A DNA stretch of 64,000 nt from a bacterium (GTDB lineage: Bacteria; Patescibacteriota; Saccharimonadia; CAILAD01; JADZBC01), in NCBI GenBank assembly GCA_020852295.1, contig JADZBC010000016.1, positions 294 through 64,293 of the forward strand, read 5' to 3'. The notes beneath the pieces are model-generated. The model searched no databases. It was not told the DNA's origin and was given only the letters and a program-made list of their open reading frames with translations. Each line of letters begins with the position of its first letter. Position 1 is the first letter of the stretch. Shown one piece after another: positions 47,185 through 57,245 of the stretch. Position numbers and translations under genes: made by a program.

Positions 47185-48240
47185 CTAGTTCTCGCAGGTT
47201 GGGTCATTTTTGCCGGCATTTGGACCAGCACCGCTGTAATCGCTATAGACCTGCATGGTTTTACAAAGGTTTTTGCCGGAGTAGAGGACATTTGATACAA
47301 AATCAAATGTCGTGTATTCGATTGGCTTCGTAGCCTGTACCCGACGATAGGTCTGGCCTGACCGAGCAGTGACATCGATCACGGCGTACGGAAAACGCAC
47401 ATTCGACGGGTTGCCTGCGGAGTCGGCAAAACGCATAGAGTAACTCGTGCCGGTATATCGAGACGTAACTCGGATGACAACATTTTTACCCGATGGAATA
47501 CCAAGTGTTGCTAGGTCAACATAGCCGGTACCGTTCGCATTTGGATAGCCACATTGATAATTATTCATTGCAGCTGGCGGATTTGGGTTGCAGCCACTTG
47601 GGCTGAGCAGAATAGTCTTCATTGGAAGGCTGCCGCCAGAAAAGTCTGAAGCGTTGAACTTATCGGGATCTCCCACATTGCCATACCAGACAAATGTGAG
47701 CTCTAGCGTCGCAGGACGCGAACCATAAGCACTCAAGACTGGATAGTATGGATTTGGTGCTGCTGGTAGTCCTGAGGCAGCACCGTCTGTGCCCTTTAGG
47801 CCCCAGTTTAGGCGTAAGTTTCGAACATCCGAAACTCGCGACAAATCAACCTGAACTGTATTGTCGCGATCGATTTGACCACTCATACTGTCACCTTGAT
47901 TGGTTACCGTGGCGCACGTCACCGCTACATCACCCTGAGCATCATTGATTTTCTGTTCAGGCTGCTGGCTACCGGTGTCGCCAAAGTCGTTACATTTCTC
48001 AAATGTCTTACTTGGATCGGCCGCGATCTGCTGCGCCAACTCCTGCACCTTCGATTGAGCACCATTGAGCGCACGGTTACTCTGGTCAGTGTTACTTGCT
48101 TGGCGACTCTCTTGGTTTGAAAGCAACGTAAGCCCGGCAATCATACCAACAACAACAATGCTCAATATGATCGTAACCAGGATTGAGGCTGCACCAGTTT
48201 TTTTCTTGAAAAGCTTACTCATATGCTTTGATTGGTCCAC
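47185..48240 (-). CDS. Pilus-associated protein with a non-canonical N-terminal TM, Cys/Gly/Pro-rich; possible minor pilin or tip-associated protein
   Basis: Hydrophobic N-terminus lacking the G-F-T-L-E class III motif; sits at the 3' end of the minor-pilin gene string. Confidence 0.4.
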   Translation of the reverse strand: MDQSKHMSKLFKKKTGAASILVTIILSIVVVGMIAGLTLLSNQESRQASNTDQSNRALNGAQSKVQELAQQIAADPSKTFEKCNDFGDTGSQQPEQKINDAQGDVAVTCATVTNQGDSMSGQIDRDNTVQVDLSRVSDVRNLRLNWGLKGTDGAASGLPAAPNPYYPVLSAYGSRPATLELTFVWYGNVGDPDKFNASDFSGGSLPMKTILLSPSGCNPNPPAAMNNYQCGYPNANGTGYVDLATLGIPSGKNVVIRVTSRYTGTSYSMRFADSAGNPSNVRFPYAVIDVTARSGQTYRRVQATKPIEYTTFDFVSNVLYSGKNLCKTMQVYSDYSGAGPNAGKNDPTCEN

Positions 48241-48284
48241 TTCTTTATGCTTATGCTATCACTTATCGCCCACCGCTGCAATCA

Positions 48285-48950
48285 CTATTGATTGAGTCCA
48301 AAGAACGCTACATGGACAGTTAACGTGTTTTGAAACTTCTGCGGCGAGCCAAAAAGAGATACTGGCGGCCCCTTGCGCTTTACGCCGAGCAGTAGATCAA
48401 CTGAATAAGTTTTTGAGCCACCAGATCCCGGCGCCGGGGATGTAGTTACAATTGTCGGATCAAACACGTTCACACTGACACTCTCTGCGCTCACTACTGC
48501 TGCTCCGGTAGCCCTTGTGCCAACCTCATTGTTCAGAGCTGTCTCTTCTGGAGATCCGGCGATGGCCGGGGCGCAGGTTGTAACTGCTGTAGTCAGCTCT
48601 TTTCGCAATAATCTGACCGTAGTATCTGGCGCAGCATAATCAGCTGGGCTGACTACGCTCGTAAAATAGAGGAGTGCTCTCTGGCTTGAGGGCTTCAAAC
48701 AGAGCACCTTGGCACCACCAGAGTTGATAACCTTCATGTCCTGGGAAAATTCGGCTCGTCGGCCAATTTCTTCAGTAATATTACGAACGGCCTGCTGATT
48801 ATCTCGTGAAGAGTTTGCTCCTGCATAGATAGTAAGTGAGTTCACGAACGCGCCAATGGCAGCTATGAGTAGAAAGCTAAACATGGCGGCAGCAATAATC
48901 GCTTCAACTAAGGTGAATCCCGGGCGTTTTTTCCTATAGAGCCGCTTCAT
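48285..48950 (-). CDS. Minor pilin / pseudopilin with class III signal peptide
   Basis: KKRPGFTLVEAIIAAAMFSFLL prepilin leader. Confidence 0.65.
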   Translation of the reverse strand: MKRLYRKKRPGFTLVEAIIAAAMFSFLLIAAIGAFVNSLTIYAGANSSRDNQQAVRNITEEIGRRAEFSQDMKVINSGGAKVLCLKPSSQRALLYFTSVVSPADYAAPDTTVRLLRKELTTAVTTCAPAIAGSPEETALNNEVGTRATGAAVVSAESVSVNVFDPTIVTTSPAPGSGGSKTYSVDLLLGVKRKGPPVSLFGSPQKFQNTLTVHVAFFGLNQ

Positions 48951-49417
48951 TAGTTAAGATCCCCCAGTCTCACAAATAGCGTTACTTCGTCGGAGGCATC
49001 CCCTACATTTGGTCGGACGGAACTTTGCCACTTCACCGATACAGTAAAGTTGCAGTACGTCACTCCAGCTGGGCAGTCAGGGGTGATTTTTTGTTCAAAT
49101 GGAGTTTCGGTCGTAAGTGCGCCTGATTGCCTTACCCAACCTGCGGCCGGATTGGCAGTATCAAATGACATATAAAAACTTGAGCCCCCTACTTCGCTCT
49201 TAAACGCAGCCCACAGCTTGCTCTTCTTGTATGCCTTGAGTGCATCCGCTTGGCGTTGCGCCAACCCAGTAGCCTTTGTCCGTTCACCCGCAAGTCGCGA
49301 CGCACGCCAGGCATTGAGCGAGCCAGATGTCGCGATCGTAATGACGCTCGCCAGAATTGCCAGACTGATCACTACCTCAATGAGGGTATCGCCACGCCTC
49401 ACGCCTAGATGCTGCAC
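48950..49417 (-). CDS. Minor pilin / pseudopilin
   Basis: RRGDTLIEVVISLAILASV leader. Confidence 0.6.
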   Translation of the reverse strand: MQHLGVRRGDTLIEVVISLAILASVITIATSGSLNAWRASRLAGERTKATGLAQRQADALKAYKKSKLWAAFKSEVGGSSFYMSFDTANPAAGWVRQSGALTTETPFEQKITPDCPAGVTYCNFTVSVKWQSSVRPNVGDASDEVTLFVRLGDLN

Positions 49418-50163
49418 TTTGCACCTCCTGGATACTGCTGTATGTCATTTGCAGCTAAATTAATGATAATGCACGCGCTTAAGCCCGGATCTTTGGTACC
49501 TTTGAGTTTGAGCATAATCTTTTGTGCGGCACTACTATTGTAGCCATTGGAACCTGATGTCGGAATGAGCTCCATGTCGCTAGTGCGCGAGTAACCAAGG
49601 TCGTCAGAAAATACTTTTGTCTGTATTGGCAGTGTAGTTGAATCCTTGCTTAGCTTATAAAACACTACAAAAACCGAGTTCTTCGAACAGCTCGTGAGCG
49701 ATGCGCCCGCTCTTACCTGATAACAGTCATACCCCATTTCCGCAGGCAGAATCTTGCCACTCGCTGCATATGGCAGGACGCTACCGGCTGATCCGACTTT
49801 CAAACGACGCTCTTGATAATTGGTTACTAACCCTGCATCGGTAGTAAAGTTAAAGCCGCTGTGTGTACCACCGGCGCCATTAAAATGCAACGCCTCACCA
49901 AAAAGCAGATCGCCCGGCTGAAGCGGGCACGACGACCCACCCGGACAGTTGCTATCCGGCTCTGGGCCGATTCCTGCCTCGGCACGGTTGAGTGAAAGAC
50001 GTAGCGAGCTTTGTAGTTGCTGTGTATTGATATCGAATTTTGCGCGATCATTGTTGCCAAGAGCGGAAAATGCCGCAGGCACCATTAGTGCGGTGATAGC
50101 AAGTACGATAACTAGCTCGATAAGAGTTACACCTGGTCGAAGTTGTAAGGTTGAGCGCTTCAT
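49405..50163 (-). CDS. Minor pilin / pseudopilin
   Basis: RPGVTLIELVIVLAITALM leader. Confidence 0.6.
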   Translation of the reverse strand: MKRSTLQLRPGVTLIELVIVLAITALMVPAAFSALGNNDRAKFDINTQQLQSSLRLSLNRAEAGIGPEPDSNCPGGSSCPLQPGDLLFGEALHFNGAGGTHSGFNFTTDAGLVTNYQERRLKVGSAGSVLPYAASGKILPAEMGYDCYQVRAGASLTSCSKNSVFVVFYKLSKDSTTLPIQTKVFSDDLGYSRTSDMELIPTSGSNGYNSSAAQKIMLKLKGTKDPGLSACIIINLAANDIQQYPGGAKCSI

Positions 50164-50202
50164 ATTTTAGGCTATTATACCACTTATGCTATCTACGGAC
50201 AC

Positions 50203-50979
50203 CTAATACAGCCGTAGCTTGTCCGCAAAAATCAAGCCAAAGTAGAGGCCAAATATCAGATACGGCCCAAATGCGATGTGGTCGGTGCGCTTCTTGCGGC
50301 CAGTCAGTAGCAACACAACTGCCACGACTGCACCGGCATTAAATCCTGCCACCGTCGCGACGGCTAGCTGCCAGGGATGCAGCAGCATACCCATGATGGC
50401 CGCCAAGCGAATATCCCCGTCCCCCATCGCCTTACCACCAGAGAAACGCCACAGTCCGTAGAAAAAGAATGTCACGACCGCAATGCCGGCCAGACGCGGC
50501 CAGAGCTGCGACGGGTCAGCAGCAATAATCACAAGCAAGTACAGCGCGGATAGGGCCAGCGCGGGCGTCGTGAAGACGTCTGGCAGCAATGAGTGCTTTT
50601 GGTCGTAGCTGCATGCACCGACGAGCAGTACCGTGATAGCTAGGAGTGTCACGAGCTTCACCCACCCTAGCAAATTGGTTGGGTCGAAGTAGCTAAAGAG
50701 AACCAGAAAGAGCGCAGCCGTCATTGACTCTACTATCGGATACCGTGGCGAGATAGGCTTGCGGCACATCCGGCACTTACCCGCCAGGACGGCGTAGCTC
50801 AGTACTGGCACCAAGTCATACCACTTCAGTGGTTTTTTGCAATGAGGACACATCGAGTGACCCTTGGCGATACTACGCTCAGTCTCGATGCGCCATACCC
50901 AGGCGTTGATAAAGCTCCCAAAGATAAGACCGAGGCCTGTCGCAAAAACCGCCCCTACAATGAAGTAATCACCTGTCAT
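50203..50979 (-). CDS. pilD: Prepilin peptidase (A24 family)
   Basis: N-terminal CxxC...CxxC tetracysteine plus polytopic membrane domain (CPHCKKPL...CRMCRKPI). Confidence 0.8.
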   Translation of the reverse strand: MTGDYFIVGAVFATGLGLIFGSFINAWVWRIETERSIAKGHSMCPHCKKPLKWYDLVPVLSYAVLAGKCRMCRKPISPRYPIVESMTAALFLVLFSYFDPTNLLGWVKLVTLLAITVLLVGACSYDQKHSLLPDVFTTPALALSALYLLVIIAADPSQLWPRLAGIAVVTFFFYGLWRFSGGKAMGDGDIRLAAIMGMLLHPWQLAVATVAGFNAGAVVAVVLLLTGRKKRTDHIAFGPYLIFGLYFGLIFADKLRLY

Positions 50980-50985
50980 AATTAC

Positions 50986-51435
50986 CTACTGACTACTCGT
51001 CAGTGTGTAGACACCGCCCTCAATACACATTTTAAGAGTAAAGTCTCTTGGTGAACCTGCATTGGAATTTTTATAGAATATCTTGGCATTCTCAGTTGAG
51101 CTGATATTTGTACAGGTTGGGTCGCCATATGCATAGCTATAGTTGCCACCATTGGGTCGCGGATCATTGATCGAGCCTGCTTTCCAGTAGCCTTCAGAAA
51201 CAAATCGACCGGCTGTACCGCTCCAGTCCGTCCCCCAGACTGGGTATTTTCCACTGTTGTTGTCAGCCCACTGCTCTAGCGCAGTTGAGAGTTTATTGAC
51301 ATCAGCCCGGCGACGCGTATCGCGTTGACTTCGTTCAGCACCCTGGGCGCTCAGTAATACAGTGGAGGTGATTAGCGCACCTATAGCCAACGCTATTATT
51401 AGCTCAAGAAGTGTAAATCCAGACCTTTTCTTCAT
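50986..51435 (-). CDS. Type IV pilin (second pilin gene)
   Basis: KRSGFTLLELIIALAIGALI leader; 149 aa with C-terminal Cys residues. Confidence 0.65.
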   Translation of the reverse strand: MKKRSGFTLLELIIALAIGALITSTVLLSAQGAERSQRDTRRRADVNKLSTALEQWADNNSGKYPVWGTDWSGTAGRFVSEGYWKAGSINDPRPNGGNYSYAYGDPTCTNISSTENAKIFYKNSNAGSPRDFTLKMCIEGGVYTLTSSQ

Positions 51436-51479
51436 TACTCTTATGTTAGCACATTTACCCGTCTAAACAAAAAGGATTA

Positions 51480-51509
51480 AAAAAAGACGCCGGATGGCGT
51501 CTTTTTTTA
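51480..51509. terminator. Hairpin terminator between the two pilin genes
   Basis: GACGCC-GGAT-GGCGTC flanked by A- and T-runs. Confidence 0.55.
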
Positions 51510-51521
51510 ATTTCTGATTTA

Positions 51522-51932
51522 CTATTGTGCGTTGTAAGTAGCTCCACCTTCGAGACATACACTAGCCTTGTCAGGTGCAAACTCGATGCGGATAACTGTT
51601 GGTGCCGCTGTGGCAGAACAGCTCAATGCTCCAGCCTGGTACGTATAGGCTACCAGGCCCGCATTACTGTCAACTGGACCACGCTTATCTGGCACTGCCG
51701 CTTCAACTTGAGCAACAGTCGGAGTGCCGCCGTTTACCCCAAGATTTGCACGAGCATCAGTGATAGCAGCACGTGACTTGTCCGCCAAAGCACGACGACC
51801 ATCATTACGCTGTGAACGTTGGGCCCCAGTAACCCCCAGTAATACGATCACAATAATCAAGGCCGCAATAGCTAGTGCAATTACGATTTCAATCAGTGTG
51901 AAACCCTTTTTAGTTGATAATGTCTTTTGCAT
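51522..51932 (-). CDS. pilA: Type IV major pilin candidate
   Basis: KKGFTLIEIVIALAIAALII class III leader; 136 aa with a C-terminal Cys pair; strong SD (AGGAGGGTG) and its own terminator. Confidence 0.65.
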   Translation of the reverse strand: MQKTLSTKKGFTLIEIVIALAIAALIIVIVLLGVTGAQRSQRNDGRRALADKSRAAITDARANLGVNGGTPTVAQVEAAVPDKRGPVDSNAGLVAYTYQAGALSCSATAAPTVIRIEFAPDKASVCLEGGATYNAQ

Positions 51933-52014
51933 ATTTATTCACCCTCCTGGTGTGATTATTTTTTATAAAATGCTTGTGCTTAATGTACCTAAATTAGCCT
52001 CTTGAGTCAACTTC

Positions 52015-53274
52015 TTACTTGGCTTGAGTCGAGGACGAACTAGATGAACTACCAAAGTTATCAAGTCCACCACCTACAAGGCTGTAGATTGGGAAAAGGA
52101 CAGCACCAATGATGAAAAACACCATGCCGCCAAGCACTACTATCATAAATGGCTCAATGATTGTACTAAGATTCTTGACCTGCTGATCTACTTCCTCTTC
52201 ATAGAAGCTAGCGGTCTTGTCAAGCATATCGCCGAGCGTACCAGAGTCCTCGCCGATGCGTATCATCTGCGGGACAAGGGTAAGAAAATACTCATTGTTT
52301 GCCAGAACGGCTGAGAGGGACTTGCCGCCCTTTACGCTTTCGGCACCTCGCAGGACGATATCGCGGATAATGACATTATTGACCGCCTCTGAGACAATCT
52401 CAAGTGATTCGAGAATCGGCACGCCACTATTTACCAATGATGCCATGGTACGCGAAAATCGAGCCATGTACATCTTCTTAAAAAGCATGCCGATGACCGG
52501 AATGCGCATCTTAGTACGATCTTTGAGCTTACGGCCAGCCGGTGTATGAAAATAAGATCTCACACCAGCAAATACAGCTATCAAAATAAGTATTGTTAGC
52601 CACCAATAGTTTGTGACGAAATTTGCCACAGCCAAAAGAAAAGCAGTCGTGAAGGGCAAAGACTTACCGAGGCTCTCATACAAACTAGATACTTGAGGCA
52701 GGATCGACACAAGCATGAAAATAATCACCAGGATAATTACCACCATTACGATGGCTGGATAAATCAGCGCACCACGAACCTTGCTAATAATCGCCTGCTC
52801 CTTCTCGAGCTCGTCAGCCAGGCGAAGCATGGCCTTATCGAGAGTACCAGAGGTCTCGCCAGCCGCTACAAGACTAATAAATACGTGACTAAAAATGTCT
52901 GGGTGCTCAGCAAAGGCATCGGCCAGCGATGAACCACCCTCCACTGAAGCGACTACCTGATCGAGTGCCTGGCGGAGCTTCTTACTCTGAACTTGCTCAA
53001 CGGCAGTGGTTAAAGCCTGGGTAATGGGTAAGCCAGCTCTTATGAGCGTCGAGAGCTGACGGGTAAAGATAACCTTATCTTTACCACTAACCCGATTTAA
53101 GCCATTGAGGTTGATCCCAAGAAACGACTGCTCGCCCGCGACCTGGATCTTTATCGGAAAAAGATTTTTTTCCATCAAAAGCCGAGCTGCGATAGAATCG
53201 TTGTCAGCCTGAATCTGCCCCTTTACAACCTTCCCGTTGGTGTTGTCTTTTGCGGTGTAGCGATAATCTCGCAT
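52015..53274 (-). CDS. pilC: Type IV pilus platform protein (GspF/PilC family)
   Basis: Two T2SSF repeats and three TM segments. Confidence 0.8.
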   Translation of the reverse strand: MRDYRYTAKDNTNGKVVKGQIQADNDSIAARLLMEKNLFPIKIQVAGEQSFLGINLNGLNRVSGKDKVIFTRQLSTLIRAGLPITQALTTAVEQVQSKKLRQALDQVVASVEGGSSLADAFAEHPDIFSHVFISLVAAGETSGTLDKAMLRLADELEKEQAIISKVRGALIYPAIVMVVIILVIIFMLVSILPQVSSLYESLGKSLPFTTAFLLAVANFVTNYWWLTILILIAVFAGVRSYFHTPAGRKLKDRTKMRIPVIGMLFKKMYMARFSRTMASLVNSGVPILESLEIVSEAVNNVIIRDIVLRGAESVKGGKSLSAVLANNEYFLTLVPQMIRIGEDSGTLGDMLDKTASFYEEEVDQQVKNLSTIIEPFMIVVLGGMVFFIIGAVLFPIYSLVGGGLDNFGSSSSSSSTQAK

Positions 53275-53276
53275 CG

Positions 53277-54494
53277 CTATTTCCTCATCAGACGGTCAAG
53301 TTCCTCAAGGTCGACCGCGAAGTTTTTGGCTTCTTCGTAGGTAATCTTGCCGGAGTGAATGAGCTCAACCAGAGTCTTGTCCATGCTAACCATACCGTGC
53401 TCCGCCCCGGTCTGGATAACTGCATCTAGCTGGTGAGACTTAGCCTCGCGAATGATATTGCGAACGGCTGGTGTCACTACCAGAATCTCCGCTGCAGCAA
53501 TACGACCACCACCTACCATCGGGATAAGGCGCTGAGCGACGATGCCCTGCAATACCCCGGCTAACTGGATGCGAATCTGCTGCTGTTGGTGTGGCGGAAA
53601 GACATCGATCATACGATCGATCGAACCGGCGGCCGAGTTGGTATGTAGAGTAGCCAGTACTAAGTGGCCAGTTTCGGCAATCGTAATAGCCGTGGCGATG
53701 GTTTCAAGGTCACGCATCTCACCGATGAGAACAACGTCTGGATCTTCACGCAGGGCACTACGCAGGGCTGCACCAAATGAATTACTATCGAAGTGAATCT
53801 CACGCTGTACAACGATCGACTTCTTGTGATGGTGTTGATACTCAACTGGATCCTCGATCGTGATAATGTGCATGGCCTTCTCTGAGTTGATCAGATCGAT
53901 CATGGCGGCGAGGGTCGTGGACTTACCAGAACCAGTTGGACCAGTTACGAGCACGAGGCCGCGCGGAAACTGGGTGAAGTTTTTGACGACCTGCGGCATA
54001 CCGAGTTCTTCGAGCGTGCGGATCTTGGTCGGGATAAGACGCAAGGCGGCGGCCAGGCTCCCCTTTTCGTGGAAGGCATTGACACGAAAACGCCCAAGAT
54101 CACCAAAGGCAAACGAAAAGTCGAGCTCTTTGTCTTCAATAAGCATCTTTTTCTGCTTCTCATCAAGCAGCGGCAAAATAAGATTTTCTATGGTGGCGTC
54201 ATCGACCGGAGCAACGTCACCAATTGGTTTGAGCGCGCCATCGATACGGAGCATTGGCGGCAAACCTACCTGAAGGTGTAAGTCAGATGCATCACGACGG
54301 ATAACCTCCTCAAGGTATGGCTCAATCCGCGGCAAGCTCTCGCTTGCCTGCGTTGCGGCTGGCGCGGCGTCTTGTGGCACCATTGGCGGCGCGTCAGCCG
54401 CCGGTGGTGGCGGTGGTGGTGCCTGGTTGGCTACCGGAGCTCCATCGACTGGGCTGGCTGGAATATTGTTTTGTGTCTGATCAGTTGGCTGCAT
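53277..54494 (-). CDS. pilT: Type IV pilus retraction ATPase with a Pro/Ala-rich N-terminal extension
   Basis: GPTGSGKSTT, HIITIEDPVEY and LREDPDVVLIGEMRDLETI...TGHLVLATLHTNSAAG motifs. Confidence 0.8.
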   Translation of the reverse strand: MQPTDQTQNNIPASPVDGAPVANQAPPPPPPAADAPPMVPQDAAPAATQASESLPRIEPYLEEVIRRDASDLHLQVGLPPMLRIDGALKPIGDVAPVDDATIENLILPLLDEKQKKMLIEDKELDFSFAFGDLGRFRVNAFHEKGSLAAALRLIPTKIRTLEELGMPQVVKNFTQFPRGLVLVTGPTGSGKSTTLAAMIDLINSEKAMHIITIEDPVEYQHHHKKSIVVQREIHFDSNSFGAALRSALREDPDVVLIGEMRDLETIATAITIAETGHLVLATLHTNSAAGSIDRMIDVFPPHQQQQIRIQLAGVLQGIVAQRLIPMVGGGRIAAAEILVVTPAVRNIIREAKSHQLDAVIQTGAEHGMVSMDKTLVELIHSGKITYEEAKNFAVDLEELDRLMRK

Positions 54495-56278
54495 TAGTAA
54501 TCACTCGCTACCCTTGCTACTTCTTCTATAGTTGTGACTGCGGTTAGTGCCTTGAGAAGACCATCCTGTTTCATGGTAAGCATGCCATCTTTCATAGCTT
54601 GCTCTTGAATCTGCGTCGTGGTCGCATGATTGACCAGCAGATGCTCCATGGCATCGTTCATCTCAAAGACTTCAAATATACCTACACGGCCCTTATAGCC
54701 ATCAGTACACTCTTCGCATCCCGCCCCCTTATATAAAGTATAAGCGTTTTGGTTAAAGAGTGGCAAGTTTTCGTAGCCAACCCAAGCCTCAATCTTCGCC
54801 CGATCGGCTTCACTCTTTGGCAAGACGTAACCGAGTGACTGATTGATCATCTGGGTAGCAGCTGGGGTTGTCTGAAATGGCTGCCGACACTTGTCGCAAA
54901 CTCGTCGCACCAGTCGCTGACCAATCACCGTGTTGATGGTAGAAGCAACTAGGAAAGGTTCGATACCCATATCTAAAAGACGTGGCAGTACTCCGGAAGC
55001 CGAGTTGGTGTGCAGCGTGGAAAGCACGATGTGTCCAGTTAGCGCAGCTTGTACCGCCAAGTCGGCTGTTTCGTGGTCACGAATCTCGCCAACCATGATG
55101 ACATTCGGGTCCTGACGCAAGATGGAGCGCAATCCGCTCGCAAAAGTGAGACCCACCGCCGTATTGACCTGAATCTGGTTAATGCCGTCCATTTTGTACT
55201 CAACCGGGTCTTCGAGGGTGACGATGTTGATCTTGACCGATTTAATCTCCTGAATGACCGCATACAGGGTGGTTGACTTACCAGAACCAGTCGGACCAGT
55301 TGAGAGAATCATGCCGTGCGGCTTGGACATACCATTTTTGATCAGTCGGTAGGCTTGCCCGCGGAAGCCGAGGGTGTCCAGGCTAATCATCTGGTCATTC
55401 TTATCAAGAATACGAATCACGACCTGCTCGCCATAGGTCAGTGGTGCGATGGCGATACGAAGATCGACTTCGCGACCATTGATCTTGTACTGCGCCTGAC
55501 CATCCTGCGGGATACGGTGTTCATCGATCTTGAGGTTGGACATAATCTTAATACGCGATATTAGCGCCGGCTCGGTGCTCTTTGGGAGTGTCATCGCCTC
55601 TTGCAAGATTCCATCGATACGAAAACGAATCTTGAGCTCATGCTCGCGCGGCTCTACGTGAATGTCCGAGGCTTTCGAGTTGATCGCATACTCAAAAATG
55701 GCATTGAGCGCCCGAGTGATTGGTGCGTCCTGTACGATCGTCTCGACCTTCTTAGAGGTCTCTTTATCGACTTTCTGTCCCTCAACCGTGGTCTGCTGCT
55801 GTTGAGCAGTGTCGAGCTCTTTAGCGACCTCAGCGCCAAGATTGGCCACATAGCCACCAATGATCTTCTCAATCTGTCGGTGCGATGCCATGAATGGATT
55901 GACGTAGTAACCCGTTTTCTTCGAGATAAAGTCAATTGCCTGCAGATCTTGCGGATCAGCCATAGCCAAGTTGAGTTTGCCATCGACCATACCAATTGGC
56001 ACAGCCATGTAGCGCTGCGCAACATCGCGTGGCACTAGACGGAGAACCTCTTCAGGAATCTGCTGGTTCGTAAGATCAACGTATGGCACATGTGAAGCAA
56101 TGGCCGTAAGCTTGACTGAGTCTTCTTCTTTGAGGAGTTTCTGCTCAATCAGAATGTCTATAGTGGTCTTGCCAACCTTGGCCGCCTCGATGCGCGCCAG
56201 CTCCATAGCGTGTGAGTCCACAATATTGTTATCGAGGATCAACTGCTCTATCTTGTGGAGAGTTTCGTTACTGAGCAT
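54494..56278 (-). CDS. pilB: Type IV pilus assembly ATPase (GspE family)
   Basis: T2SSE_N domain, GPTGSGKSTTLYA, TLEDPVEY, GHIVLSTLHTNSASG and a C-terminal tetracysteine CDKC...CEEC. Confidence 0.85.
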   Translation of the reverse strand: MLSNETLHKIEQLILDNNIVDSHAMELARIEAAKVGKTTIDILIEQKLLKEEDSVKLTAIASHVPYVDLTNQQIPEEVLRLVPRDVAQRYMAVPIGMVDGKLNLAMADPQDLQAIDFISKKTGYYVNPFMASHRQIEKIIGGYVANLGAEVAKELDTAQQQQTTVEGQKVDKETSKKVETIVQDAPITRALNAIFEYAINSKASDIHVEPREHELKIRFRIDGILQEAMTLPKSTEPALISRIKIMSNLKIDEHRIPQDGQAQYKINGREVDLRIAIAPLTYGEQVVIRILDKNDQMISLDTLGFRGQAYRLIKNGMSKPHGMILSTGPTGSGKSTTLYAVIQEIKSVKINIVTLEDPVEYKMDGINQIQVNTAVGLTFASGLRSILRQDPNVIMVGEIRDHETADLAVQAALTGHIVLSTLHTNSASGVLPRLLDMGIEPFLVASTINTVIGQRLVRRVCDKCRQPFQTTPAATQMINQSLGYVLPKSEADRAKIEAWVGYENLPLFNQNAYTLYKGAGCEECTDGYKGRVGIFEVFEMNDAMEHLLVNHATTTQIQEQAMKDGMLTMKQDGLLKALTAVTTIEEVARVASDY

Positions 56279-56289
56279 AGGTGACCCCC

Positions 56290-56541
56290 TTAGTTGATAA
56301 CTGGTTTTGGCGTAGCGCTTGCGTCTGGCTTAAGCTCTTGAGAGAAGTCTTTGATCTTCTTGTCGTTTTTGAGTGCACCCATTTGTTCACTGTTTGGCAG
56401 ATCTGTCTTGACTGGTCGCGGCACAATAACCTTGATGCCCGAATCAGCTGGTGGCGGTACTACAATACGGTACACCATGGCACTCGCAACAATCAGGATG
56501 ATGGTCGAAATGACGATTGTGATGATATCTTTTCGTTTCAT
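56290..56541 (-). CDS. Small single-pass membrane protein within the pilus operon
   Basis: 83 aa with one TM and a Pro/Lys-rich tail. Confidence 0.35.
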   Translation of the reverse strand: MKRKDIITIVISTIILIVASAMVYRIVVPPPADSGIKVIVPRPVKTDLPNSEQMGALKNDKKIKDFSQELKPDASATPKPVIN

Positions 56542-57245
56542 TACTTCAGGTCCTCTTCACGATCTTCGATATTTGCTTTGTCCTGGTAGTAAGACAAGAA
56601 ATCAATTTCAGCTTTTACTTCGGCCGACGAGCCGTCGAGTTTCATCTTACGAAAGTTGATGACGCGAGCTGACTTTTCGGTATTGGCCAAGAAATCCAAT
56701 AGGGCCGGGTATGAGCCGATGATAGTGACAGTAAAGGCCACTGGCTTGGGAGACTGCGGTTCACCAGGGCCGCCACCGGTATTCTCAGTAGTGCTCGTAC
56801 TGGTGCTGGCCGCCTGATCAGTCTGCTTCACTTCCTGCATCTTCACGTTGGCCTGTTTAGCCATTTCTTCAAGCATGGCGTAGAGATTCTTCTGATCTTG
56901 CGTGTATGGCAAAGCTCGCAAAATCAGTTCTGCGTCACTCACCTTAGCATCTCCGCGCACTTGCTTCACTTCTTTGTATGCACCATTTTTGAGTGTCTCA
57001 AGATCGTTCTTCTTGGTCTCCAAGAGGCCCTTCTGTTTCTCGAGTGCCTTGAGCTTATTGGAAGACTCCAGGAAGCTATTTGTTAAGTTCCAAATGAAGT
57101 AACCGCCGACTAGCAAGATTGCCCCGACGATGATACCGGAGATTACGAGATAGTTGGTTGTGCCCTGGGTATCTTCGAGTGATACCTGGGTATTTGGAAT
57201 ACTTAGCTTTGGTTTCTTTGTAGCTTGCTTGATGTCTTGTTTCAT
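56541..57245 (-). CDS. pilO: Pilus assembly protein PilO-like
   Basis: Single TM, coiled-coil, then a C-terminal domain; position and size match PilO. Confidence 0.55.
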   Translation of the reverse strand: MKQDIKQATKKPKLSIPNTQVSLEDTQGTTNYLVISGIIVGAILLVGGYFIWNLTNSFLESSNKLKALEKQKGLLETKKNDLETLKNGAYKEVKQVRGDAKVSDAELILRALPYTQDQKNLYAMLEEMAKQANVKMQEVKQTDQAASTSTSTTENTGGGPGEPQSPKPVAFTVTIIGSYPALLDFLANTEKSARVINFRKMKLDGSSAEVKAEIDFLSYYQDKANIEDREEDLK

